Shown piece by piece: positions 10,670 through 20,474 of a stretch of 64,000 bases of DNA. This DNA comes from an uncultured Acidobacteriota bacterium (lineage in GTDB: Bacteria; Acidobacteriota; UBA6911): positions 62,519-126,518 of the forward strand of contig CAWHCF010000032.1 in assembly GCA_963827655.1 (NCBI GenBank), read 5' to 3'. The position numbers were made by a program, and so were the translations under genes. Position 1 is the first letter of the stretch; each line of letters begins with the position of its first letter. The notes beneath the pieces are model-generated. The model was not told where the DNA came from and made no database searches. It saw nothing but the letters and a program-made list of their open reading frames with translations.

Positions 10670-12370
10670 TCACTTTGCCGCGGGCCCTTGCGCGCTGGAT
10701 TGTTCCGGCGGAGCGCCGGGAGCCGCAATACCAAGCGCCCAGCAGATGCCGTTGAGCAGGAGCTTTCGAAACGCGGCGTTGCCGAAATCGTCGGGATGTC
10801 CAAACGAAGTATAGAAGACACGCGACTGGCCGCTGCGCGGTGAATTCGTCCATGCCACCGGCTCCGGTTCCTGGCCGGAGATCGACCCGATGAGAAGCGG
10901 TGTCGTGGAACCTGCAAGAGGAGTGACCCGGTAAAGCGACCCGTTGCCCGCGAGCTGCCTCAAGTCCAACCCCCGCAGGATCGGGTGCTTCTCTGCTCCG
11001 GGGGCGGCAGCCGTCGTGACCTTGGGCCCGCCGCCGTGATGACCGATGTAGTGTCCGCCCAGCACTTCCGGATCGAAGGCCGGCCAGGTGGCCGCGCCGC
11101 TTGGGAGGGGTGCGCTCCCGTCTCGCAAGGCAAAGGCGTGACTCGCGGTGCGGATGCCGACGAGCGGTTTGCCCGCGGCCAGATGCGCGCGGATTGCATC
11201 GAGCTGTTCCTTCGGCGGCGTGCGACGCCGGATGCTGATGAGCACGAGATCGGCGCGAGCCACCGCCTGGGCCAGACCGGGAAAGGTATTTTTGTCGGAC
11301 GGATCGGCCTGCACGAAACGAACCTGGAAGCCGTGTGGCTCCAGCTGCTGCCGGGCAAACACGGGCAGCGTGACGTCGGTCTTGTACTCGTCCTCACCGA
11401 TCACCATCAGGATCGAACGCCGGTCGTTCTTGAATTGAAACGGGTCGCCACCGAGAAAATCGACGCTGGTAATGGTCGGGCAGACAAACTTCTCGATGTG
11501 CTCGACGATCAGGTCAGTGCCGGCGAAGTGGGTCACGTACGGCCAGCGTTCGGGATTGTACATGGTATCGGTCATGTCGCGCATGAGCACTACGTTCTTG
11601 CCGTTCTTGGCCATCTGCCGCAGGCCGAACGGGCGACCGAGCACGCACATGTTGGTGTGTACGCCCAGGAGGATCACGTTCTTGATACGCCGGTGTTCGA
11701 GCAGGTTCCAGATCTCGACGCCCGAGTCGCTGATTGCGTCCTGGTCGTGAATCTTCAAAAGATCAATCTGGGCCTTCCACGGTGATTTCGGATTGCGTCC
11801 CATGCCGGCCAGCCGCTGGTGCCACTGCTCGTGCTCGACCAAATCGTCATCCTCTCCGCCGTCCGACTGGTCGATCGGATATTTCCCCTTTTCCTCCGAT
11901 GGGATCTGCCGGCACCACTCGCCGATGTCCGCGGGCAGGTTCGCGGCGCGCGGGGCCTCCTGCGCCCTCTTGCGCCCCGGGTGGTCCTTGTACGGATCCA
12001 TGCAACTCGACGGCGCGTGTACGATAAGCACACCCCGGCTGCGGGCGTTCTCCAGCACCTGGTTCATGCGCGGGCCCATTTCTTCGGCGCGGCGCACGGC
12101 ATTCAAGCAGTGATGAGCGTCCCACATGTCACATACGATGATGGCCGTTTCACTTGGGTTCCACTGCTCGGCCTTCTCGCGGATCGTGTAGGCGCCCTGG
12201 GGCGTCGCCTCGCGAAAGCGCTTGTGAATCGTGACCGGGGCTCCACTGCTCGATTGGGCACGAACGAAGTCATACACGATCGCCAATGTTAATACGGCAG
12301 AACACCCTGCGGCGCAAAGTATTCGCCTTACCGGAAGCCCTGACAGAAAACGAGGAGAGGTGAAAATCAT
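10670..12370 (-). CDS. Isochorismatase/nicotinamidase-like domain fused to ThuA-like (class I GATase-like) domain, exported
   Basis: TAIIVCDMWD, VILLGVHTNMCV (cysteine hydrolase); C-terminal MVIGEDEYKT, GKPLVGIRTASHAF, SRVFYTSFGHPDDF. Confidence 0.75.
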   Translation of the reverse strand: MIFTSPRFLSGLPVRRILCAAGCSAVLTLAIVYDFVRAQSSSGAPVTIHKRFREATPQGAYTIREKAEQWNPSETAIIVCDMWDAHHCLNAVRRAEEMGPRMNQVLENARSRGVLIVHAPSSCMDPYKDHPGRKRAQEAPRAANLPADIGEWCRQIPSEEKGKYPIDQSDGGEDDDLVEHEQWHQRLAGMGRNPKSPWKAQIDLLKIHDQDAISDSGVEIWNLLEHRRIKNVILLGVHTNMCVLGRPFGLRQMAKNGKNVVLMRDMTDTMYNPERWPYVTHFAGTDLIVEHIEKFVCPTITSVDFLGGDPFQFKNDRRSILMVIGEDEYKTDVTLPVFARQQLEPHGFQVRFVQADPSDKNTFPGLAQAVARADLVLISIRRRTPPKEQLDAIRAHLAAGKPLVGIRTASHAFALRDGSAPLPSGAATWPAFDPEVLGGHYIGHHGGGPKVTTAAAPGAEKHPILRGLDLRQLAGNGSLYRVTPLAGSTTPLLIGSISGQEPEPVAWTNSPRSGQSRVFYTSFGHPDDFGNAAFRKLLLNGICWALGIAAPGAPPEQSSAQGPAAK

Positions 12371-12482
12371 GTCGGTCGCTCCTTTTGAGAAAGCACCAGG
12401 TGGAACGCCTGGAACTTGGCTAAAACCGGAGTTTCCACCCTTCGATGCCCAAGGGCAACTGTTTTCTGTTCGAAGAATCAGG

Positions 12483-12777
12483 TTCTCGGTGTTTCTTCGA
12501 GTCTTAGGGCTCGCGCAAAAATAACTTCACATTCTGGCGCGCGAGTCGGTGGTCAATCATGAATCGATTTTATTAGCTACGCACGCTGGGATCGCGCCCC
12601 TTCGGGCTGCGGCCCGCAGGCCCGCTGGCTTTGTTGCTCGCTCCTCACGTACCGCACCGGGTACGCATCGTCGCTCGCGCCTCGCCAGCGGGTCTGGGGG
12701 CCTGCAGCAGAATGCGAACTTATTTCTGCGCGAACCCTTAGTGTCCTGGAGGTTGGTTTTTGTTCGCCGCACTAACC
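12483..12777. repeat. CTTCGTGTC/GACACGAAG nonamer repeat element interrupted by the MITE
   Basis: Removing the MITE rejoins TTCTCGGTGTTTCTTCGAGTCTTAGTGTCCTGGAGGTTGGTTTTTGTTCGCCGCACTAACC, which matches the uninterrupted copy at ~34258-34317. Confidence 0.7.
12507..12737 (+). mobile_element. MITE copy 1 (231 bp), IS5-type ends, TTA target duplication
   Basis: TIRs GGGCTCGCGCAAAAATAACTTC...GAACTTATTTCTGCGCGAACCC flanked by C-TTA and TTA-G; near-identical to copies at 17655 and 20085. Confidence 0.9.
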
Positions 12778-12837
12778 GCAATTGCGAAATGCTGCAGCTT
12801 TCCCTTAGAATGCCGGTTCCGGCTGGAGGGGACAGTC

Positions 12838-14781
12838 ATGCGGAAAGCAATCCTGTCAGTTGCTCTGCTGTGCGTGGTAGCGGGTTGGGCGCGAGCGGCC
12901 GTGGTGCGGGTCGACGCGAAAGAGGAGCCCGCCGGGCCTTACACAAAGATCACGGGCAAGGTTTACTTCGCGGTCGATGCCAGGCTAGCGGCCAACCGCA
13001 TCATCACCGACATCGATTATGGTCCGCGAAACGAGAAGGGACTGGTGGAGTTCTCGGCGGATCTCTACATGCTCCGGCCCGCCAAACACAACGGCACGAT
13101 TTTCTTCGAAGTGTCAAACCGCGGGCGGAAGGGGATGTTGGGGACCTTCAACCTGAGAGACGCCGGGGCCTCTTCGGATCCGCGGACGGCGGCTGAGTTC
13201 GGAGACAACTTTCTACTGGAGCAGGGATTCACGCTGCTGTGGCTGGGATGGCAGTGGGATGTCCCGCCGGACCCGCCCGGGCTGATGCGGTTTTACGCGC
13301 CCTCTGCCAAGGGCATCAAGGGCGTGGTGCGATCCGATTACGTCCCTGACGAGAAGATCAACCGGTTCTACGTGGCGGACCGGACCCATATTGCCTACCC
13401 GGTGGCCGACCCGGCGAGCGTCCGGATGACCGTGCGTGATCGCGCCGACGGCCCGCGCCGCGAGATTCCGCCCAGCCAGTGGCGGCTCGAAGAAGATCGC
13501 ACTCATATCTATATGGAGAGCGGGTTTGAGCCGGGCCGGATCTACGAAGTGACCTACACCGGACAAGACCCTGCGCTGGCCGGCCTGGGTCCCGCGGGCA
13601 TTCGGGACTACATCTCGTACCTGAAGGACAAGGAAGGGTACCAGCATGCCATTGCGATCGGTTCCTCGCAGAGCGGGCGATTTCTGCGCAAGTTCCTCTA
13701 CGACGGATTCAACGCCAGCGAGCAGGGCAAGAAGGTGTTTGACGGAATCTGGGCGCACGTCTCGGGCGGCGGGCGCGGCAGCTTCAATCACCGGTTCGCG
13801 CAGCCCTCGCGTGACGCGCGCCCCTTCTTCAATTTTCTCTATCCTACCGACATCTTTCCTTTCACGCTTCAGACGCAGACCGATCCCGAGACCGGCCTGA
13901 CGGATGGTCTGCTGATCCGCGCCGAGAAGGCCGGCGTCGTGCCCAGGATGTTCTTCAGCCACTCGTCGTACGAGTACTATGGTCGGTCCGCGTCGCTGAT
14001 TCACACGACCATCGACGGCAAGCGCGACCTGCCGCCGCCGCCGAACGCGCGGATCTACTTTATCGCCGGGGCGCAGCACGGGCCCGGCCAGTTCCCGCCG
14101 CGTCGCAACGGGACGCAGAATCCGGCCAACGCAAACGACTTCCGCTGGGCGATGCGGGCGCTTCTGGTCGCGATGCACCGGTGGGTAGCGGCCGGCGTCG
14201 AGCCGCCGGCCTCGCAGTACCCGCAGATCGCCGACAAAAAACTGGTCCCGCTCGCTGCCCTGCAGTTTCCCAAGATCCCGGGAGTGGCATTTCCCATCCG
14301 GATGCACAAGGCGTACCGCGTGGATTACGGGCCGGAATTTCTCGGCAAAGGAATTATCGCGAACGAGCCGCCCAAGGTCGGCAACGCGTTCCCGATGTTC
14401 GTGCCGCAGGTGAACGCCGAGGACGGCAACGAAACCTCAGGAATCCGGCTGCCGGTCATTCAGGCGCCGCTTGGGACATACATGGGATGGAATCTCCGCG
14501 ATCCCAAGATCGGGGCGCCGGACGAACTTTTCAGCATGGTGGGGTCGTACCTCCAGTTCCCGGGCACCAGAGCCGAGAGGCAGAAGAGCGGCGATCCTCG
14601 GAAGTCGATCGAGGAGTTGTATCAGAACCGCGACGACTACCTTCAGAAAATCACGGCGTCGGCGCGGAGCCTGGCGAAGAGCGGGTATGTACTGGAGCGG
14701 GATATCCCGAAGATCGTCGAAAAGGCGGCGGCGCAGTGGGACCACACGATGGGCACGGCCGGCCGCACGGCAGCCCGGTAG
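12838..14781 (+). CDS. Exported alpha/beta-hydrolase-domain protein
   Basis: Signal MRKAILSVALL; FEVSNRG, WLGWQWD, nucleophile-like GSSQSGRFL, YFIAGAQH, DGNETSGIRLP. Confidence 0.75.
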   Translation: MRKAILSVALLCVVAGWARAAVVRVDAKEEPAGPYTKITGKVYFAVDARLAANRIITDIDYGPRNEKGLVEFSADLYMLRPAKHNGTIFFEVSNRGRKGMLGTFNLRDAGASSDPRTAAEFGDNFLLEQGFTLLWLGWQWDVPPDPPGLMRFYAPSAKGIKGVVRSDYVPDEKINRFYVADRTHIAYPVADPASVRMTVRDRADGPRREIPPSQWRLEEDRTHIYMESGFEPGRIYEVTYTGQDPALAGLGPAGIRDYISYLKDKEGYQHAIAIGSSQSGRFLRKFLYDGFNASEQGKKVFDGIWAHVSGGGRGSFNHRFAQPSRDARPFFNFLYPTDIFPFTLQTQTDPETGLTDGLLIRAEKAGVVPRMFFSHSSYEYYGRSASLIHTTIDGKRDLPPPPNARIYFIAGAQHGPGQFPPRRNGTQNPANANDFRWAMRALLVAMHRWVAAGVEPPASQYPQIADKKLVPLAALQFPKIPGVAFPIRMHKAYRVDYGPEFLGKGIIANEPPKVGNAFPMFVPQVNAEDGNETSGIRLPVIQAPLGTYMGWNLRDPKIGAPDELFSMVGSYLQFPGTRAERQKSGDPRKSIEELYQNRDDYLQKITASARSLAKSGYVLERDIPKIVEKAAAQWDHTMGTAGRTAAR

Positions 14782-14800
14782 CCGTGACGGACCCCAAATC

Positions 14801-14840
14801 AACCTCTAAGACACGAAGACACGAAGAAACTCTACGAAGC
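14801..14840. repeat. GACACGAAG nonamer repeat
   Basis: AACCTCTAAGACACGAAGACACGAAGAAACTCTACGAAG between convergent genes. Confidence 0.65.
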
Positions 14841-14866
14841 TTGAACGCCAGCAGGTGCGCAGACCA

Positions 14867-16088
14867 TCAGCGAGACAGGAGTTCTGCAATTTTGTTGGTC
14901 AACTCGGTCAATTGAGACCAGCCGTCGCGATTGGCCATGACCGCCACGGCTACGCCTGATTGAGGCAGCGACATGAGGAGCGTGCTCGTGCCGTTCTGCC
15001 CGCCCCCATGCGATAGCATCTGCTTTCCGTTCAGCGTGCCGACGCTGATGCCCATTCCGTAGTAGTTCGCGCCCGTGTCAGGTCCGGGCTGACCAAGCAA
15101 GGATAGGCCGCGCAATCATTTGATTGCGTGTCTCCGCTCTCACGATCTTGCCATCGTTGAATGCCAGCACGAAGCGGACGAGGTCGGCTGCCGTGGACAG
15201 GTGGCCGCCGGCCGGCAGGTTCTCGCTGACGTCGCGGAACGGCGTGCGCATCAACTTGCCATTGGGATCCTTGCTGTAGCCGGCGGTTCTGTGAGGAGTG
15301 ATCGCGAATGCATCGTCCTCGGTGATGTCCTGCATGTGCGCGGGTCGAAAGACCAGGTTTCGCATGAGCTCGCGATACGGGACTCCCGCCGCGCCTTGCA
15401 GCACACAACCCAATAGCCGGTAACCGTGCGATGTGTAGTTGAATCGAGCGCCGGGCTGAAAGAGCAATGGATCGTCTTTGAACGTGTCCAGCGGCTTGAT
15501 CACGTCCGTGTAGCGAATGACCTGTCCCGCCGCCTCGCGACGCCTGGCCTCTTCGAGCTTGCGGCGCTCGGCGTCCGTGCTCGGATTCTCGCGATTCGCG
15601 CCATGATAGTGGCGGACTCCACCAAGGTGGCTGAGCAGGTGACGCGACGCAAGCGGCCACTGTTTTTCGGGATACTGCGGACAGTAGCGCTGCACCGGCG
15701 CATCCAGGTCAAGCTTGCCATCCTCGACCAGCCGCAGGGCAGCCGATGCGGTGAGCCACTTCGAGATCGATGCAGTCCGGTACAGGGTTTCGGCCGTCGC
15801 CGGGACATTGTTCTCCACGTCCGCCAGACCGTATCCATCGCTCCAAACCAGCTTTCCAGCTTTGGCGACCGCGACCGAGACTCCCCCCACAACGTCCTTG
15901 GACATTGCCGAAGTCACCAGAGCGTTAATGGCCTCGATCTGTTGCTCCGACAATCCTTCCTGCGTCTGCGCGCGAGGTTGCGCGGCAAGGGTGATGGTCA
16001 GAAAGAGCAGCACCAGCCGCGCCGCCAGCCGGACAGGCGCGCGCGTCGATCTCGTAACACTCGATGAAATGGCATTTCGGCGTGTCAT
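14867..16088 (-). CDS. Serine hydrolase, beta-lactamase class C/PBP-like; apparent +1 frameshift near 15100
   Basis: SxxK in TASISKW, LLSHLGG, FNYTSHGY, PAGGHLST; C-terminal YGMG...SHGGGQNG...VAVMAN in ORF 14867-15115. Confidence 0.85.
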
Positions 16089-16283
16089 CTTCTTGCCTCC
16101 GTTCGTAGCTTGGTGCCTGCCCTTCTCTTTGAGTGTTAAATCCAACAGGTTGGCCATACTATAGCGACGAATCTAACAATGATATACCCCGGAGCTGCGT
16201 GACCCCTCATCATCTCTACACGCGGCCCGGCGAAACCCAGTCGCTCGGCCGCGAAAGCAAACGCGCGACTGTCGAGGAGAACC

Positions 16284-16688
16284 GTGCCCAAGACGCATGT
16301 CAATCCCAATACGCTTTTCCCCAGCCTCCCACACGGCTTTTCCCAGATTGTTACATCGCAGGGCGGGAAAACAGTTTACCTCTCCGGCCAGACCGCCTGG
16401 GATGCCGAAAAGCGAATCGTCGGGGGCCGGGATCTAGCCGCCCAGGCAAGGCAGGCATTGCGAAACGTTCAGGCTGCCATGGAAGCCGTGCGGGGTGGAA
16501 TTGAAGATGTCGTTTCCCTCCGCATCTACCTGGTGAATTATAAGCCTGCAGATGCGGCGGCAATCAGCGCCGTACTGAAGGAGTTCTTTCCTTCGGAGAG
16601 GGCGCCGGCCAGCACCTGGATTGGAGTGTCATCGCTGGCAGTCGCCGATTTTCTGATAGAGATAGAGGCGATTGCGGTGGTGGAATGA
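16284..16688 (+). CDS. RidA/YjgF family protein
   Basis: GFSQIV, VYLSGQ, PASTWIGVSSL, LIEIEAIAV. Confidence 0.9.
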   Translation: MPKTHVNPNTLFPSLPHGFSQIVTSQGGKTVYLSGQTAWDAEKRIVGGRDLAAQARQALRNVQAAMEAVRGGIEDVVSLRIYLVNYKPADAAAISAVLKEFFPSERAPASTWIGVSSLAVADFLIEIEAIAVVE

Positions 16689-16824
16689 TACGAAGTCTCT
16701 CGACCGCGCCGGGCCCTTGAGGCATCATCGTCAACCGTCGAGACGCCGATGCTCCGTTTCATCTCGAGCAGCTAGCCTGATCCTGCTCGAAAACATGCAA
16801 CCTGATTCGTTCTGAAGGAAAGCT

Positions 16825-17608
16825 ATGGAATGGCTTGCGGATCCTAAGATCTGGATTGCACTCCTGACCCTGACCGTGCTGGAAATCGTTCTGGGTGTGG
16901 ATAACATCATCTTCATATCAATCCTGGCCGGAAAGCTTCGCGCCGACCAGCAGCGTCCGGGCACGCCGGCTGGGGCTGGCGCTCGCGATGTTCATGCGCA
17001 TCGCCCTCCTGGCTTCGATTGCGTGGATCGTCCGGCTGACGGCGCCACTTTTTGAAGTTCTCGGCCAGGAGATATCGGGCCGCGACCTTATCCTGATCCT
17101 GGGGGGCCTCTTCCTGATCGCCAAGAGCACGCACGAGATTCATGACAAGCTCGAAGGCGAAGAGGGGCACTCGTCGGCCACGGTACGAAGTTCCTTCACG
17201 GGCGTCATCGTGCAGATTCTTCTCCTGGACATCGTCTTCTCGCTCGATTCGGTCATCACGGCAATCGGAATGGCTGAAGACCTCTGGGTCATGATCGCGG
17301 CCGTGGTGATTGCCGTCGGCGTAATGATGCTCTCCGCGGGAACTATCGGCGACTTCGTCGAACGACATCCGACGGTCAAGGTCCTTGCTCTCAGTTTCCT
17401 GCTTCTGATCGGGCTGGCACTGCTGGCCGACGGATTCGACCGGCACATACCCAAGGGGTACATTTATTTTGCGATGGGATTTTCGGTCTTCGTCGAGATG
17501 ATCAACTTGAAGATGCACAGCCGGAAGCCCAAACCCGTTCACCTGCGCAGCGCCTACGTGGAGGAGGAAAATGCATCCGGTGAAGCCGAGGGCGATACTT
17601 GCGCATGA
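16825..17608 (+). CDS. TerC family membrane protein, apparent +1 frameshift near 16955
   Basis: [16 protein letters not shown] in first frame; [27 protein letters not shown] and [13 protein letters not shown] in second. Confidence 0.9.
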
Positions 17609-17654
17609 AACCAGCGGTTGACCTCACGAGCATGGCGGAACACCCCGCGCCTTA

Positions 17655-17887
17655 GGGCTCGCGCAGAAATAACTTCACATTCTGGCGCGAAAGCCGGCGG
17701 TCAATCATGAACCGGTTTCTGTTCGCTAAGCACGCTGAGGATCGCGCCCCTTCGGGCTGCGGCCCGCAGGCCCGCTGGCTTTGTTGCTCGCTCCTCACGT
17801 ACCGCACCGGGTACGCATCGTCGCTCGCGCCTCGCCAGCAGGCCTGGGGGCCTGCAGCAGAACGCGAACTTATTTCTGCGCGAACCC
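17655..17887 (+). mobile_element. MITE copy 2 (233 bp)
   Basis: Same TIRs GGGCTCGCGCAGAAATAA...TTATTTCTGCGCGAACCC, TTA duplicated on both sides. Confidence 0.9.
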
Positions 17888-17928
17888 TTAGGTCGCTCTC
17901 CGCGGCTCGAGGCTCCTGTGCGCGAGTC

Positions 17929-19872
17929 TTACGCGGAAGCCTTCTCCTGCGCTGTCAGCTGCTGCAGATTGTCGGGAATCCAGAAGGTGAAGACCGTCCC
18001 TCTTCCGAGCTCGCTTTCAACCTGGATATCCCCTCGGTGGCTCTGCAGGATGTAGTAGCTGGCAAAGAGGCCGGTAGTCATCCTCACGCTTGGGCCTGCC
18101 GTGGTAAATCCGGGATCGAACAGACGGCTCATACTCTCGGGAGGAATTCCTTTCCCGTCGTCGGAAATCCGGATGTAGACCCGGCCGTCGCGGGCATAGG
18201 TCTGGATCTCGATGCATCCCTCTTCGCGGACTGCCTGTGCCGCATTCTTCACCAGATTCATGAAGACCTGGTTCAACTCGCCGGGATAGCAATAGACGTC
18301 AGGGATCGCTCCATAGTCCTCGACGACCTTCACACCCCTCTTAAGCTCATGCTGCAGCAGGGCCAGAGTGCTCTCCATGTCCTCGTTGAGATTTGCCAGC
18401 TGAAGCGCCGCCCCGTCGAGGCGTACGAACTTTTTTATACCCTGGATGATGGTTTCGAGACGTCCGGCCCCCGCCGCAAGAGTGAGATTCGTGTTCTTCA
18501 GTATTTGCAGGGGCCCCTCCAGCTCTCCCCTGCCCCCCAAGCTCTCCGGCAGCGAAGCGGAATCCAGGATTCCCAGGACCTTTTCGATCCCGCGGTTCAG
18601 CAGGTCCGCAGAGCTCTTGATCGCGCCCAGGGGGGTGTTGATTTCGTGGACGATGCCAGCGACGAGGTCGCCGAGCGCGCTCATCTTTCCGGCCTGGATC
18701 AACTGAGCTTGCGTGACGTTGAGGTTCTTGAGAGCTTCCTCGAGATCCGCGTTCTTTGCCCGCAGCTCCACATTGGTGAGCCGGAAGATCTCGGCTTCGC
18801 GCCGGGAGACCTCGACCTGGTACAGAGACTGCAGGTTTTTGAGCTGTTTGTCAGTGTCCTCGTGGAAAACCTCACTCTCAACCCGGTGAAACTCCTCGAG
18901 ATGAAACAGAGCGCGCTCGAACTCCCCGAGACGCTTGTAGATGTTGGAGAGAAGATGGTGGGCGCGGCAGACCTTGGGCTTGGCGAGGATCTGGGTGGAT
19001 AGCTGGAGGGCACGCTCGGCCGCCGCCCGAGCCTCCTCATGCCGGTTCTGCTTGAGCCAGAGATCGGCCAGGTCGAGGAGCGTCGTAGTCTCGCCCGGAA
19101 CGTATCCCGCATCTCTTCGCAGCGCGAGGCTCTGATCATAATATCGGGCCGCTTCGTCGAACCGGGCAAGGCTTTGATAGATGCGCCCGATGTCGTTGAT
19201 AGTCTTGGCTTCCCCGAGACGGTCGCCCGTCGAGCGGTGGATCGCCAGGCTGGCGAACTCGAACTCGAGCGCCCCTTCCCAGTCGTTCAGGGCGTTGAGG
19301 GCATTGCCGATGCCGTTGAGGGCGCGGGCTTCCCCCTCTCGGTCCCCGAGGCCTCGGAACAGGTCTCGGGCCTTGAGGAAGCACTCCTGCGACTCGCGGT
19401 AATCCTTCCAGTCGTAGTGGAACGTGCCGAGGGTATGCAGGGCCCAGGCCTTTCCTTCCTCGTCCGGGATCGCTTCGAAGCCGGCCAGCGTTTTCAAGGC
19501 GAGATCCAGCCCACGCTTGAAATCGCCGAATCCCCAGTAGATGTGAGCGAGGGCCAGGTTGACGATGGCTTCGCCCCTTCGGTCGTCGTGCGCCTCGAAC
19601 CACGCGAGCGCTTCCAGTTGCAAGCGCATCGCCTGCTCCACCTCCGATCGCATGTAGTGGAGCAGGCCGAGGTTCTTGCGCGCGTGGGCGAGGCCGCCGC
19701 CGTATTCGAGTTCCTCGGCGTCGGCGAGGCTCTCGCGCGTTAGCTCACCGGCGCGCGCAGGGTTGGTGGCCCAGATCTCCCAGGCGATTTGGTTGAGAAG
19801 ATCGATCCTCTCCCTGGATTTTTCAGGCGCTGCCTCCAGCCGAGCCTCCAGGGTTGCCAGCTTGTCGGTCAT
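17929..19872 (-). CDS. Cytoplasmic TPR-repeat sensor histidine kinase (orphan)
   Basis: MalT-like TPRs (GEARALNGIGN, GEAKTINDIGRIY); H-box IVHEINTPL, N-box LNQVFMNLVKNA, G1 ISDDGKGI, F-box LFDPGFTT. Confidence 0.9.
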   Translation of the reverse strand: MTDKLATLEARLEAAPEKSRERIDLLNQIAWEIWATNPARAGELTRESLADAEELEYGGGLAHARKNLGLLHYMRSEVEQAMRLQLEALAWFEAHDDRRGEAIVNLALAHIYWGFGDFKRGLDLALKTLAGFEAIPDEEGKAWALHTLGTFHYDWKDYRESQECFLKARDLFRGLGDREGEARALNGIGNALNALNDWEGALEFEFASLAIHRSTGDRLGEAKTINDIGRIYQSLARFDEAARYYDQSLALRRDAGYVPGETTTLLDLADLWLKQNRHEEARAAAERALQLSTQILAKPKVCRAHHLLSNIYKRLGEFERALFHLEEFHRVESEVFHEDTDKQLKNLQSLYQVEVSRREAEIFRLTNVELRAKNADLEEALKNLNVTQAQLIQAGKMSALGDLVAGIVHEINTPLGAIKSSADLLNRGIEKVLGILDSASLPESLGGRGELEGPLQILKNTNLTLAAGAGRLETIIQGIKKFVRLDGAALQLANLNEDMESTLALLQHELKRGVKVVEDYGAIPDVYCYPGELNQVFMNLVKNAAQAVREEGCIEIQTYARDGRVYIRISDDGKGIPPESMSRLFDPGFTTAGPSVRMTTGLFASYYILQSHRGDIQVESELGRGTVFTFWIPDNLQQLTAQEKASA

Positions 19873-20084
19873 ATGCTATTTCCCTGCGGCAAGAGTGGGA
19901 TGGACGTTTCTCTCCGGCGATTTGGCCTGCGGACCGGCGTCCACGAAACCTGGACGGGACTCACCCGAGGTGGCGGCCGGGGCCGAATTGCTCAAAGATT
20001 GAAGTTCAGTAGAGATTCGGACCAGACGAATTTCGAACCGAGGCGCTATCGGCTTGACTCGCCTGCTTCCGGAGATTGCGCTTA

Positions 20085-20317
20085 GGGTTCGCGCAGAAAT
20101 AAGTTCGCATTCTGCTGCAGGCCCCCAGGCCTGCTGGCGAGGCGCGAGCGACGATGCGTACCCGGTGCGGTACGTGAGGAGCGAGCAACAAAGCCAGCGG
20201 GCCTGCGGGCCGCAGCCCGAAGGGGCGCGATCCTCAGCCTGCTTAGCGAACAGCAACCGGTTCATGATTGACTACCGACTCTCGCGCCAGAATGTGAAGT
20301 TATTTCTGCGCGAGCCC
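20085..20317 (-). mobile_element. MITE copy 3 (233 bp), inverted
   Basis: Reverse complement of copy 2 with few differences; flanks C-TTA and TTA-G. Confidence 0.9.
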
Positions 20318-20474
20318 TTAGGTCAACCGCACTAACCACTCCGAAGCCCCCCGTTTCTATGAATCATACACCAGGCGCTGCGCCGGGGCAGAATTCGCTG
20401 AGGACCCGTGATACCGGTGGCTTGGAAATGCCCGGATGGGGCCGCAGTTTCGAGTGCCGGCCGATCGTAGACGG

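Noticed and set aside
17707-19002. Long antisense ORFs as real genes (also 13213-14307, 25735-27096, 27464-29245, 49441-50721)
   Set aside because: Shadow frames opposite well-supported genes in GC-rich DNA, with no recognisable motifs
17655-20317. Composite transposon of two inverted MITEs carrying the histidine kinase
   Set aside because: Each copy has its own TTA duplication on both sides, which fits independent insertions; later joint mobilisation cannot be excluded
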